A stretch of 64,000 nt of DNA from Longimicrobiales bacterium (GCA_965204735.1 OZ242008.1:3296001-3360000); one strand, 5' to 3'; positions 1 through 9,808 are shown, counted from the stretch's first letter. Numbers and translations are program-made. Notes: generated from the letters alone by a model not told the origin.

Positions 1-26
1 CCGCCGGCGGAGACGAGCTGCGCTAG
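1..26 (+). CDS. 3' end of an upstream gene, probably peptidoglycan-associated lipoprotein Pal (partial)
   Basis: Reads AGGDELR-stop (TAG 24-26) directly before cpoB. Identity inferred only from the usual pal-cpoB synteny. Confidence 0.3.
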
Positions 27-28
27 AA

Positions 29-952
29 GTGTCGGCGCCGCCGTCGCCCGCGCCGTCGTCGGAGGCTCGGTCGTCGGCCGGACGAAGGGAGGGGTCGGTG
101 TCGTTCGCGGTAGGCCGTTCTTGCCGATGGGCCGCCGTCGCCGTCTTGGCGGCGGTCGCGTTGGGGTGCGCCACTTCGCAGGACGTGGCGGAGGTGCGCA
201 ACGAGGTGCGGGTCATGGCCGCCCGCCAGGACTCGGCCTTCCGAGCGTTGATGCGAATCGTGGCCGGGCACGACCAAGCCCTCCTGGATTCGCTTCGCAG
301 CGTGTCGGAGGAGCTCTTCGACTTCAGGGGCGACGTCAACCAGCGCCTTCAGTCCGTTCAGGAACAGCAGCTTCGAGTGGGCGAGCTGGTGGGTCAGAGC
401 CAACGCAGCCTCCAGGACTTGCAGGGCGAGGTGAACGCCCAGCGACTGGCGATGGAGCGGGAGCGGGCCGCCCGACTCGCCGCCGAGGCGAACTCGGCCC
501 AGGAGGAAGGCGACCCCGACGCCCCCGACGACCCTTCGCCCGGAGAAGAAGCGACGCCCAGCGACCCGGACGCCCCCGACCCGGCCGAGGAACTCTACGC
601 CGCCGCCGCGAGCACCTTGGACCGAGGCAACTTCGCCACGGCGCAGCGGGGCTTCGAGCAGTTCGTGACCGAGCACCCCAACCACGAGCTCGCGCCCTTG
701 GCCCACCTCCATCTGGGAGAGTTGGCCAGCAACGAGGATCAGCTCCAGGAAGCCATCGACCACTACCTCAAGGTCCTGGAGCTCTTCCCGGCGGCAGACG
801 CGGTGCCCGACGCCCTGTACCGCATCGGCGTGCTGCACCTCGAACTCGAGAACTGCGACGAGGCGACCCAGTACCTGAGCCGCGTCGTCAACTCCTATGG
901 AGAGCATCGGCTGGCCTCCCGGGCCGAAGAACGGCTGGGGGAATGCCCGTGA
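29..952 (+). CDS. cpoB: Tol-Pal system TPR protein CpoB/YbgF
   Basis: Lipobox-like VALGC, coiled coil, then TPRs (ELYAAA...AQRGFEQFVTEHPNHELAP, VPDALYRIG). The true start may be the downstream GTG near 98. Confidence 0.8.
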   Translation: MSAPPSPAPSSEARSSAGRREGSVSFAVGRSCRWAAVAVLAAVALGCATSQDVAEVRNEVRVMAARQDSAFRALMRIVAGHDQALLDSLRSVSEELFDFRGDVNQRLQSVQEQQLRVGELVGQSQRSLQDLQGEVNAQRLAMERERAARLAAEANSAQEEGDPDAPDDPSPGEEATPSDPDAPDPAEELYAAAASTLDRGNFATAQRGFEQFVTEHPNHELAPLAHLHLGELASNEDQLQEAIDHYLKVLELFPAADAVPDALYRIGVLHLELENCDEATQYLSRVVNSYGEHRLASRAEERLGECP

Positions 953-1011
953 AGGCCCGCGCGCACTGACGCCACCGGCAAGGCCGGACTAGGATTCCGC
1001 GGAACTGGATC

Positions 1012-1539
1012 ATGCAGTGCCCCCGTTGCCGGTCGATCTCGAATCGGGTGGTGGACTCGCGCGCGGCCCGGGAGGGCAGGGCCATTCGGCGACGGCGCGA
1101 GTGCGTGGAGTGCGGGCGCCGGTTCACCACGTACGAGTCGTTGGAGGAGCGGCCGCTTCAGGTGCTCAAGCGGGACCGCAGCGCCGAGGAGTTTCAGAGA
1201 GAGAAGGTGCGGGCGGGGATCGCCACGGCGTGCGCCAAGCGGCCCGTGTCGTCGAGCCAGATGGAGGCCCTGGTGGACAGGGTCGAGGACGCGGTGTCGG
1301 AGTCGGCCGGAGTCGAGGTCCCCTCGTCTGAGATCGGCAAGCTCGTGATGGAGGGGCTGAAGCCGCTGGACCGGGTCGCCTACATTCGGTACGCCTCCGT
1401 GTATCGGAAGTTCGAGGACATCGAAGAGTTCCAGGAGATGGTGGACGAACTCAACGTGAGAGAGCGACGCGACCTCCACGCCCGCTTCCAGGCCGAGCTC
1501 CCGCTGGCCGGGACCGCCGGGCCGGGACCTAGCCGATGA
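1012..1539 (+). CDS. nrdR: Transcriptional repressor NrdR
   Basis: MQCPRC..VVDSR..IRRRRECVECGRRFTTYE zinc ribbon, ATP cone, LDRVAYIRYASVYR. Confidence 0.97.
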   Translation: MQCPRCRSISNRVVDSRAAREGRAIRRRRECVECGRRFTTYESLEERPLQVLKRDRSAEEFQREKVRAGIATACAKRPVSSSQMEALVDRVEDAVSESAGVEVPSSEIGKLVMEGLKPLDRVAYIRYASVYRKFEDIEEFQEMVDELNVRERRDLHARFQAELPLAGTAGPGPSR

Positions 1540-2501
1540 GCCCGCTCAAGGGAGTGCTCGAGCACGGCCTCTTCGGCCGGAAGGGGAACAACCCCAAAGC
1601 GGAGATGCCCTTTCTGGAGCACCTGGAAGAGCTGCGATGGAGGCTGCTCTGGAGCCTGCTGGCCGTAATCGCCGGCACCGCCCTCGGAATGGCGCTCGTC
1701 CACTACTTCGACGTCTTCACGCTCCTGATCGCGCCGTACCGGGAGATCTTCGGCGAAGACAGCGGGCTGATCTACCTGAAGCCCGCGGACTCGTTCTTCA
1801 TCTTCCTGCAGCTGTCGCTGGCGATCGGCCTGGTCCTGGCGGCGCCGATCGTCGTCTACCACACGTGGTCGTTCCTCGCGCCCGCCCTCGACCAGCGGGA
1901 GAAGCGGGCCATCGTCCCGGCGCTCTACCTGGGCCTGCTTCTCTTCCTGGCGGGCGTGGCGATGGCCTACTTCGTCGCCCTGGACGTGTCGCTGCGCTTC
2001 CTCAGCAACATCCTGTCGGACATTCTGGAGCCCACGTACACGGCAACCGCCTACTTCGGCTTCGTCGTCAGATTGCTGTTGGCGTTCGGGGTCGTCTTCG
2101 AGCTGCCGGTGGTGGTGATGATCCTCAGCGCCTTGGGGCTCGTCACTCCGGCGTTCCTCCGGTCCCAGCGCCGCTGGGCGGTCGTCCTGATCACGGTCGT
2201 GGCAGCCTTGCTCTCGCCCGGCGACATCATATGGCTGACCGTCTTGATGATGTTCCCAATGTTCCTTCTCTACGAGTTTAGCATCCTTCTCTCGGAGTTG
2301 ATGTGGCGAAAGCGGGACGCGCACCGAGGAGACGCCGGGCCGGCGGAAGAAGACCCGCCCCCGCGCCCGACGCCGCCGGAAGACGCGGTTGCCGAGACCG
2401 CCGACCCGGCCGCGGAGACGGCCGACCCGCCCGAGGACGATCCCTACACCCACGGAGACCCGGCCCGGGAGCAGGACTCGCGTGACCCCTCCGGCGAGTA
2501 G
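1536..2501 (+). CDS. tatC: Twin-arginine translocase subunit TatC
   Basis: EMPFLEHLEELRWRL, FLAPAL..EK, FGVVFELP, multiple TM segments; ATGA overlap with nrdR. Confidence 0.96.
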   Translation: MSPLKGVLEHGLFGRKGNNPKAEMPFLEHLEELRWRLLWSLLAVIAGTALGMALVHYFDVFTLLIAPYREIFGEDSGLIYLKPADSFFIFLQLSLAIGLVLAAPIVVYHTWSFLAPALDQREKRAIVPALYLGLLLFLAGVAMAYFVALDVSLRFLSNILSDILEPTYTATAYFGFVVRLLLAFGVVFELPVVVMILSALGLVTPAFLRSQRRWAVVLITVVAALLSPGDIIWLTVLMMFPMFLLYEFSILLSELMWRKRDAHRGDAGPAEEDPPPRPTPPEDAVAETADPAAETADPPEDDPYTHGDPAREQDSRDPSGE

Positions 2502-5500
2502 GAGAGCCGGCAGCCCTGCCGAGCGCCGACGGGGGACGACGGCTCCTCGGGTTCGGCGCGGGCTCGGCCCCTTGCAGCGCCTCGACCCGTTCCGGCGACC
2601 CAGCCCCCGGCGGCCCGCCCTCCCGGCGCGGCGGGAACGGCCAGACCATGGACATCCCCCGTTTCGGCGGCCCAGCTCCCGGCCCCCCGCCCCCGAGGCG
2701 TGGCGGGAACGGCCAGACCGTGGACATCACCCGTTCCGGCGGCCCAGCCTCCGGCCCCCCGCCCTCCCGGCGTCGATCTTCGGCGCCGGCGCCGTCGCCG
2801 CGCTTGCGCTCGCGCCGTTCTCGGCGTCCGTCCCGGTCGGCGGCCCGGCCAGCTTCTTCGGCGCCGCCTCCCTGGCCGCCCAGGAGGCCGAGCTGAGCGA
2901 CTCGCTGCAGGACGCGCTCAGAATGCGCCTGGAGCGCGTCGCCCGTCGTCTCGGCGACTCGACGGGCCTCCTCCCCGACTCGCTCGACGCCGGCTCGGGG
3001 CTCGACGGCTCGGCCTCGGACTCCGTCCTGCAGGCGCTTCTCTCCCTCCCCGGATACGACGTGGTCCAGTACCGCGGCCACTCCGCCAACTTCGAGACCG
3101 AGTCCCGCGTGCTCACCCTCGAGGGCGCCGACGGGACCGAGGCGCTCTTGACCCGGGAGGGGATGGAGCTGGCCGCCGACTCGGCGCTGGTCTTCGACGA
3201 GAAGGCGGGCCGGCTGGTGACGATGGGCCAGGAGGCGAAGTACCGACCGGAGCAGGGCGAAGAGGTGCTGACCCGCCGACTGATCTTCGACGTCGGCGAG
3301 AACCGGGGGACGGCCACCGACGTTCGCACCCGCATGAACGCCGGGATGGGGGAGTGGATCGTCAGGGGCGACTTCCCGTCGGTGAGCCAGGACGTGGCGT
3401 TCGGCCACGACGTGATCTTCACCAGCTGCGAGGAGGACGAGCCTCACTACCACTTCCTGGCCAGGGAGCTCAAGGTGAGCCCCGGCGGCACCTTGGTGGC
3501 CAGGGGCGTCTGGCTGTACTTCGCCGACGTGCGCGTCTTCCCGCTGCCGTTCCTTGCCCAGAGCACCGAACGGGGACGCCGGCGAGGGCTCCTGCCGATC
3601 CAGTTCTCGGTCAACGACATCGTCCGCGCGTCCAGCAACTACTCCCGCCGCATCTCCAACCTGGGCTACTACTTCCCGCTCGGCGACTACGCCGACGCCC
3701 AGGTGGCCTTCGACTGGTGGAGCGGCAACTACATGGGGCTCAACGGCCGCCTTCGGTACAACTGGTCCCGCCAGTTCCTTCAGGGCAACGCGAACTTCCG
3801 TCAGTTCTGGCGCACCGGCGGCGGAACCGAGCTGGCCTTCGACACCAACCACGAGTGGGAGATCTCGGAGCGCTCCCGGCTCAGCGTGTCGGCGCGCTAC
3901 GCGTCGAGCGCCGACTTCGTGCGCCGCAACTCCTTCGACCCCCGAGAGGTCACCCAGTCGATCGACTCGGAAGGGGGGTTCAGCCGCCGCTTCGACTGGG
4001 GACAGGTCTCGGTCAGCGCCAGCCGCCGGCAGTTCCTCTCCGACGACCGGGTCGAGGCGACCCTTCCCACCGCCAACGTCTCGGTTTCCACGATCACCCT
4101 CTTCCCTGCGCCGCCGAACCGGTCCCGCTTCTACAACAACGCGACCTGGTCCGCCTCCGGACGCTTCTCCCGTTCGATCCGCGACGAGCCTGCCCCGCCT
4201 GCCGGCGAGCCCTTCGACTTCGGGCGGGCCGACAAGCAGACCTTGCGGGGCGGCCTCAACACAGCGCTGTCCGCCGGCGCTCTCAAGATCTCCCAGAGCG
4301 TGGAGTGGAACCGCAACACGACCCTCGATCTTCCGGTGGACTTCTTCGACCCTGCCGACGGGGCGCCGGCGGGGGGGATCGGAAGCGTGGCCGACCTGCA
4401 GCGCTCCGTCTTCTTTCAGCAGGCGGGAACCTCCGAGACGAGCGACTTCAGCGCCCAGGAACTCACGTGGTCCACCAGCGTCGACTGGCAGCAGACGCTG
4501 GTCGGCTCCACGACCCTCACGCCGAGCGCGTCGTTCTCCGGCCGCTCCATCCGCTCCGACACGGCCACGGCCGCCGGAGGAGGGTTCGTCGGCGCGCCCA
4601 CCCGAATCGCCTTCGGGGCCCAGCTCAAGTCGGACATCTACGGCTTCTACCGCGGCGGCGCCCTGCGTCACAAGGTGTCGCCGGTCTTCGAGTACAACTA
4701 CTCGCGGGCGACGGAGCCCACGCCGGTCCAGCTGGCCACCTTCGGCAATCGGGCGATCAACCCGAGAAACGAGATTCGGTTCAGCATCACTCAGACCTTT
4801 GAAGCCAAGAAGGGCGGCGAGAGCGCCGACTCGGCCGCTGCCGAGGCGACCGACGACGCCGACGGTCCCCGGCGAGTGCAGGCCGCCGAGAAGGTCATGC
4901 TCCTCGCCCTTCGGACCAGCGCGGTGACGTACGACTTCGAGGAGGCGAGCCGGGCGGGGCACTTCACCCGGGGGTTCGCCGACAACCTGACGCTTTCCCA
5001 TCAGCTCAGCTCCGACTACTTGCGGGGGCTCTCGCTCTCGCTCGACCACGGCGTCTTCGACGATTCGGGGGTGACCGCCGACGGCGGCAGCCGGCGCTTC
5101 GCCCCCTTCCTTTCCAGCGTCAACCTGTCCTTTTCGATGAACAACCAGTCGGGCCTCTTCCGCTGGATCAGAAGGATGGGAGGCGAGGACGACGAGCCGG
5201 AGCCGGAGCCCGGACCGGCGGAAGACGAGGAGCGCCAGCGGGACCCGACCGGCCTGGAGACGGCGGACTTCGGCGACGCCACGGTGGTGCCGGGCATGGG
5301 CGACGACCGCGCCGACGCCGCGCAGCGACAGCGCCCCCGGCAGGGCGACACGGGGAAGTGGGACGCGTCGCTCTCCTACTCGCTGGCCCGCCTGCGGGGC
5401 TCGAACGCGCCTGCCGATCAGATGCTGCAAGGGTCTCTGCGCTTCCAGCCCACGGAGAAGTGGTCGGTGGACTGGAGAACCTCGTACAACGTGGCGGTCG

Positions 5501-5676
5501 GCTCCTTCAACGATCACGTGATCAGGCTGACGCGGGACCTGCACCGCTGGGAGGCCGACTTCGCCTTCCGTCAGACTGCGACCGGCAACTGGAGCTTCAT
5601 GTTCGAAGTCGCCCTCTCCGACAACCGGGACCTGCACTTCGACTACGAGCAGCGAGCGGGGGGCGAGTTCCGGTGA
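2482..5676 (+). CDS. lptD: Putative LPS-assembly outer-membrane protein LptD
   Basis: FTSCEEDEPHYHF motif, PLPF, long beta-strand-rich body ending IRLTRDLHRW..F.VAL. Start uncertain (GTG 2482 or TTG 2572). Confidence 0.8.
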   Translation: MTPPASRRAGSPAERRRGTTAPRVRRGLGPLQRLDPFRRPSPRRPALPARRERPDHGHPPFRRPSSRPPAPEAWRERPDRGHHPFRRPSLRPPALPASIFGAGAVAALALAPFSASVPVGGPASFFGAASLAAQEAELSDSLQDALRMRLERVARRLGDSTGLLPDSLDAGSGLDGSASDSVLQALLSLPGYDVVQYRGHSANFETESRVLTLEGADGTEALLTREGMELAADSALVFDEKAGRLVTMGQEAKYRPEQGEEVLTRRLIFDVGENRGTATDVRTRMNAGMGEWIVRGDFPSVSQDVAFGHDVIFTSCEEDEPHYHFLARELKVSPGGTLVARGVWLYFADVRVFPLPFLAQSTERGRRRGLLPIQFSVNDIVRASSNYSRRISNLGYYFPLGDYADAQVAFDWWSGNYMGLNGRLRYNWSRQFLQGNANFRQFWRTGGGTELAFDTNHEWEISERSRLSVSARYASSADFVRRNSFDPREVTQSIDSEGGFSRRFDWGQVSVSASRRQFLSDDRVEATLPTANVSVSTITLFPAPPNRSRFYNNATWSASGRFSRSIRDEPAPPAGEPFDFGRADKQTLRGGLNTALSAGALKISQSVEWNRNTTLDLPVDFFDPADGAPAGGIGSVADLQRSVFFQQAGTSETSDFSAQELTWSTSVDWQQTLVGSTTLTPSASFSGRSIRSDTATAAGGGFVGAPTRIAFGAQLKSDIYGFYRGGALRHKVSPVFEYNYSRATEPTPVQLATFGNRAINPRNEIRFSITQTFEAKKGGESADSAAAEATDDADGPRRVQAAEKVMLLALRTSAVTYDFEEASRAGHFTRGFADNLTLSHQLSSDYLRGLSLSLDHGVFDDSGVTADGGSRRFAPFLSSVNLSFSMNNQSGLFRWIRRMGGEDDEPEPEPGPAEDEERQRDPTGLETADFGDATVVPGMGDDRADAAQRQRPRQGDTGKWDASLSYSLARLRGSNAPADQMLQGSLRFQPTEKWSVDWRTSYNVAVGSFNDHVIRLTRDLHRWEADFAFRQTATGNWSFMFEVALSDNRDLHFDYEQRAGGEFR
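2586..2772 (+). repeat. Imperfect 72-bp tandem repeat, about 2.6 copies
   Basis: Units begin CCCGTTYCGGCG at 2586, 2658 and 2730; encode PFRRPS...RERPDxGHx in the lptD frame. Confidence 0.9.
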
Positions 5677-5774
5677 CGGCGCTCGGGCCGGCTCCCTGCC
5701 GTCCCGGCTCTCGGCCGTCCAGGTTCCCCGCCGTCCAGGAGCCCCCGCCCCCGGGGGACGGCGTTCTTGAACGT

Positions 5775-5790
5775 TGGCACGATGCTTGCA
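5775..5790 (+). promoter_or_regulatory. Sigma-54 (-24/-12) promoter
   Basis: TGGCACG-ATGC-TTGCA matches the consensus TGGCACG-N4-TTGCW exactly, about 60 bp upstream of an RBS and ATG. Confidence 0.85.
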
Positions 5791-5849
5791 GTTGATTCGC
5801 TGCCGTGCGGTTCGCTGGGAACCGCCCTCAACAGAACGAGGAGGCGGCA

Positions 5850-6977
5850 ATGGGACGGCGGAGAGTGGTTGCGGCGGCGCTGGCGGCTTTGGCCGCCGGG
5901 TGCGAGGAGGACTTCCTGGTAGTGTCCGACTACCCCGCCGCGCCGGAAGACCTGGAGGGCTCGTACTACGCTCGCGGCGTGGACCTCTCCTGGCGCCTGG
6001 GCGCGACGTGGAGCGGCGCGGCGTTTCGCGTGTACGGGAAGAGGGCGCAGGCCGCGGCCTTCGTCCTGATCGGCGAGACGACGAGCTGCATCGGCGGGTG
6101 GTGCGACTACAGGGACACCAACGTGTCGCCGGGCGTGGTCTACGAGTACTACGTGTCGGCCGTGGACCCGCACTCGGGGTTGGAGACCGAGAGCGACCGC
6201 TCGGTGCAGGTGGCGGTGCCTCACCCGGTGCCGCCGCCGGTTCCCGCGGGCCTGCGGGCGGTCGCACTGGACAACGCCGTGTACCTGCGTTGGGACGACG
6301 AGGCGTCCTCGGAGGAGGACTTCGCCGTCTACCGCGTGTATCAGCGCAGCGCCGACGACCACTTTCTGCTGGGCGAGACCGACTCGCCCGGCTTCGTGGA
6401 CCTCCTGGCCGAGAACGGCGCGACGTACGCCTACATGGTCGCCTCCCTGGACGAGCAGGGACACGAGAGCGACCGTGGTGAAGCCGCCTCCGCGACTCCC
6501 CGGCCCGACTTCGCGGGCGAGCTGGTGTACGCTTTCGCGGACAGCGCCGAGGCGTCGGGGTTCCGTTTTCGTGACACTTCGGCGGCCCAAGCGGTGGTCG
6601 CCGGCGCCGATCCGGCCCGCCACTTCCGCCTCGAGGCGGACTCGGCGGCGCTGTGGCTCGTGCCCGCACCGGGGACCACGGTCCACGTCGAGAGCCGATA
6701 CGCCACGGCCCTCAAGTGCGGTCCGGGATCCGGCTCGGAGTGCGTGTCTTGGGAGGTGGCCCCCAGGACCGGCTACGCCTCGGCGCCGATCGCGGTCGGG
6801 CCGTCGCTGGCCTACGTCTTCCGCACGCTCGACGGCGGCGGGAAGACTCGGTACGGCTTGGTGCGGATCGCCTTCACCGGCGTGGACCAGGTCGACCGCG
6901 AGCTGATCGTCTTCGATTGGGCGTACCAGACCCAGCCGGGCAACCGCAGCCTGGACGTCGGATCGAGCTTCCGCTGA
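5850..6977 (+). CDS. Lipoprotein with fibronectin type III-like repeats
   Basis: GAGGAGG RBS, lipobox LAAGC, two FN3-like units (YEYYVSAVD...ET; YAYMVASLDEQGHES). Confidence 0.75.
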   Translation: MGRRRVVAAALAALAAGCEEDFLVVSDYPAAPEDLEGSYYARGVDLSWRLGATWSGAAFRVYGKRAQAAAFVLIGETTSCIGGWCDYRDTNVSPGVVYEYYVSAVDPHSGLETESDRSVQVAVPHPVPPPVPAGLRAVALDNAVYLRWDDEASSEEDFAVYRVYQRSADDHFLLGETDSPGFVDLLAENGATYAYMVASLDEQGHESDRGEAASATPRPDFAGELVYAFADSAEASGFRFRDTSAAQAVVAGADPARHFRLEADSAALWLVPAPGTTVHVESRYATALKCGPGSGSECVSWEVAPRTGYASAPIAVGPSLAYVFRTLDGGGKTRYGLVRIAFTGVDQVDRELIVFDWAYQTQPGNRSLDVGSSFR

Positions 6978-6994
6978 TCCGCAGCCCTTCCCCG

Positions 6995-8002
6995 GTGATT
7001 CCGGTCGTGGAGGCGGTCCCCAACTTCAGCGAGGGCCGGGACCCCGCCTTCGTGGACGCCGTCGCGGCGGCCTTCGCCGGCGCCGGTTGCGAAGTCCTCC
7101 ACGTCACCGCGGACCCGGACCACCATCGATCCGTGGCGACCGTCGTCGGGCCGCCGGGAGCGGTGGAAGAGGGCGCGGTCTCGGCCGCGGAGCTCGCCCT
7201 GCAGGAGATCGACATGCGACGCCACCAGGGCGTCCACCCGAGGGTGGGAGCCCTGGACGTGCTTCCCGTCGTGCCTCTTCACGGCATCTCCATGGCGGAG
7301 GCGGCGCGCCTGGCTCGCCGCGCGGGCGCCCGGATCGCCCGCCTGGGAGTCCCCGTCTACTTCTACGGTCAGGCGTCGACGCCCCCCGGCAGGCAGCTGG
7401 CTTCGATCCGCCGCGGGGGGTTCGAGGCGCTGGCTGCGGCCGCCGTCGCCGGCTCCGAGCGCAGCCCGGGCTCCTCGGCCTCTCGACGGGAAGCGGACCT
7501 GCCCGGCAGGAACGCCGCCGGCCGGCCCGCGCACCGCTTCGCCCATCCGTCCGCGGGGGCCGTCTGCGTGGGCGCCCGCCCCGTCCTTCTCGCCTGGAAC
7601 GTGGACGTGGAGGGCGTGTCCCTGGCCGACGCCCGTCACGTCGCCGCCGCCCTGCGCGAGTCGGGGGGCGGCTTCGTCGGAGTGCGGGCGATCGGGGTCC
7701 GCCTGCGAAGGCAGGGGCGGCTTCAGGTCTCCATGAACCTGGAGGATCTGGCGGCCACCGACCCCATGGCGGTCTTCCGCGCGATCGAGGGCCTGGTCGG
7801 GCAGCGAGGAGGCCGGGTCGTCGGCGCCGAGGTGATCGGCATGATCCCCGACCCCCTGTCGAACCCCGCTGCGGCCCGGGCCGCGGGCGTCCGCGAGTGG
7901 TCGGAGGACCGGCTGCTCGGCCGCCGACTCTCGGCCTACTTGGCGAAGAGGAGTCCGACCGGGCGCGGCGATGCCGGTGCAGGTATTACCTTTCGTCCAT
8001 GA
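6995..8002 (+). CDS. ftcD: Glutamate formimidoyltransferase (FTCD N-terminal domain only)
   Basis: VEAVPNFSEGRD, DHHRSV, HQGVHPRVGALDV, QVSMNL, AEVIG. Confidence 0.88.
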   Translation: MIPVVEAVPNFSEGRDPAFVDAVAAAFAGAGCEVLHVTADPDHHRSVATVVGPPGAVEEGAVSAAELALQEIDMRRHQGVHPRVGALDVLPVVPLHGISMAEAARLARRAGARIARLGVPVYFYGQASTPPGRQLASIRRGGFEALAAAAVAGSERSPGSSASRREADLPGRNAAGRPAHRFAHPSAGAVCVGARPVLLAWNVDVEGVSLADARHVAAALRESGGGFVGVRAIGVRLRRQGRLQVSMNLEDLAATDPMAVFRAIEGLVGQRGGRVVGAEVIGMIPDPLSNPAAARAAGVREWSEDRLLGRRLSAYLAKRSPTGRGDAGAGITFRP

Positions 8003-9003
8003 CCAATCCCACTTCGGCGTTGGGCCGAGCGACTCCGGAGTTGTCCTTGATTCAGGCTCCGGTTCGCGACCGCCTCGACTTGGTGGCCGAGGAAATCCGC
8101 CGCGTCGCGGTGCCGAACTTCGCCATGATCGACGAGGTGAACGCCTACCTCCTCGCGGTTCCCGGCAAGCTCTTCCGTCCCACCCTGCTGCTCCTGTCGA
8201 GCGAGGTCGGCGCCGACCCGCCGGACGAGACCCTCACGCTGGCGGCCGTGGTCGAGCTGGTTCACGTCGCGACCTTGGTGCACGACGACGCCGTGGACCA
8301 CTCGGCGCTGCGCAGGGGAATGCCCACGGTCAACTCCTTGTGGACGCATCAGATCGCCATCATCATGGGCGACTACCTGTACAGCCGCTCGGTCACGGAG
8401 CTGGCGCGCCTCGGGAAGCTGGACGCGGTGCAGGTCCTGGCCGCCGCCGCCAACGAGATGAGCGTCGGCGAGATGCGGCAGCTCCTCTCCTACGACGACG
8501 TGAGCTTCACGGAAGCCGAGTACTTCCGGCTCATCGCAGCCAAGACCGCTTCCCTGATGTCGGCGGCGTGCGAGATGGGAGCGCTGGCGGGCAACCCGAC
8601 GTACCGGGGACGTCTTCGACGCTTCGGCAGGGCCCTGGGCATGGCCTTCCAGATCGCCGACGACATCTTGGACTACGCTGGCAGCGCGGACGTCACGGGA
8701 AAGCCGGCCGGGCTCGACCTGCGGGGGAGGAAGGTCACGCTGCCCTTGGTCGGCGCCCTGCGGGAGATGTCTCCCGCGGAGGTGGACCAGGTGCGCCACA
8801 TGTTCACCCTGCTGGAGCCGGGGGACGCGGAGGTGCGCGACGCCATCGAACTCGTCCGGCGCAACGGCGGTCTCGACTACGCGCGGCTCAAGGCGCTGGA
8901 GTACGCCGGCTCGGCCGAGGCCGCCCTGGCGGGCCTCGCCCCCTGTCCCGCCTTGGACGCCCTGCGAGAGTCCGTGGTCTACGCCGTGGACCGTTCGCGG
9001 TAA
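7999..9003 (+). CDS. Polyprenyl diphosphate synthase
   Basis: GKLFRP, ATLVHDDAVD, RRG, GMAFQIADDILD, GKP.G.DL. Confidence 0.93.
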   Translation: MTNPTSALGRATPELSLIQAPVRDRLDLVAEEIRRVAVPNFAMIDEVNAYLLAVPGKLFRPTLLLLSSEVGADPPDETLTLAAVVELVHVATLVHDDAVDHSALRRGMPTVNSLWTHQIAIIMGDYLYSRSVTELARLGKLDAVQVLAAAANEMSVGEMRQLLSYDDVSFTEAEYFRLIAAKTASLMSAACEMGALAGNPTYRGRLRRFGRALGMAFQIADDILDYAGSADVTGKPAGLDLRGRKVTLPLVGALREMSPAEVDQVRHMFTLLEPGDAEVRDAIELVRRNGGLDYARLKALEYAGSAEAALAGLAPCPALDALRESVVYAVDRSR

Positions 9004-9018
9004 GGGGTCGGCGCGGCC

Positions 9019-9291
9019 GTGCTGTCCAACCGAAAGCGGAGCGTCGCTCGCGGCTTCTGGACCCTGGGGCTGGGCATGGCGCTCGGGGGACTGTTGACGG
9101 AGCTGGCCGCGCTGATGCCCGTCAGCACCGCTCGGGACTTCCTGACGACGTCGGTGCAGGCGTCGTTGGGTCCGTTCTCCTTCGACTTGGTTTCGTTCGG
9201 CTTCACGATCGGTCCGATTTCCTTCGCCTTGAACGTGCTGACGCTGGTGGGCGTCGCCATCGTGGCGTTCCTCGTTCGCTCCTGGATGTAG
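9019..9291 (+). CDS. Small membrane protein, DUF4321-like
   Basis: Two hydrophobic segments flanking GPFSFDL..GFTIG...LN. Confidence 0.6.
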   Translation: MLSNRKRSVARGFWTLGLGMALGGLLTELAALMPVSTARDFLTTSVQASLGPFSFDLVSFGFTIGPISFALNVLTLVGVAIVAFLVRSWM

Positions 9292-9390
9292 CGGCGGGAG
9301 ACCGGTCGGGGTTACCTTCTCTTCCCGGACGCCGCAGGGCGTGGCGACCGGCTTCGGAAGCGCATCGACAACAGGACACAGGAGGCGAGA

Positions 9391-9642
9391 ATGCCCTTTG
9401 GCCTTGGCATGGGCGAAATGATCCTGATCTTCCTGGTCGTCTTGCTCGTCTTCGGAGCAAAGCGGCTTCCCGAGCTCGGAACGTCTCTGGGCAAGGGCAT
9501 CAGGGAGTTCAAGTCCTCGGTTCGGGAGATCGAATCCGAGATCAAGGTGCCGCCCTCCATCGAGGAACACTCCTCGAAGAAGTCGGAGAGCTCGAACGGC
9601 GGGGACGAAGGCAAGCCGCGACGCCTGACGACCGGCGGCTGA
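9391..9642 (+). CDS. tatA: Twin-arginine translocase subunit TatA
   Basis: GLGMGEMILI..LLVFGAKRLPELG.SLGKGIREFK; AGGAGG RBS. Confidence 0.96.
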   Translation: MPFGLGMGEMILIFLVVLLVFGAKRLPELGTSLGKGIREFKSSVREIESEIKVPPSIEEHSSKKSESSNGGDEGKPRRLTTGG

Positions 9643-9808
9643 CGCGGCCGGGCAGCGGCCTCGGGGCCCGACGCCGGTCCTACAGCTCCTCGGTCACGGA
9701 AACAAGTCGCGCACAAGCATCCCGCAGGCGTCCCCTATCGCGCCCACCAACCAGCTTGCGGCACGCTTCACCAGCCTCCACAACCTCTTCACAACTGCAT
9801 CGGCTCGG

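Noticed and set aside
2586..2772. CRISPR array
   Set aside because: The whole 72-bp unit is repeated; there is no repeat-spacer structure.
2278..6669. Very long antisense or alternate-frame ORFs (1463 aa here; also 14932-18333, 15483-19154, 58584-61547 and others)
   Set aside because: Low-complexity Arg/Pro/Gly shadows of real genes, expected at high GC; only the terminal parts of some correspond to real CDSs.
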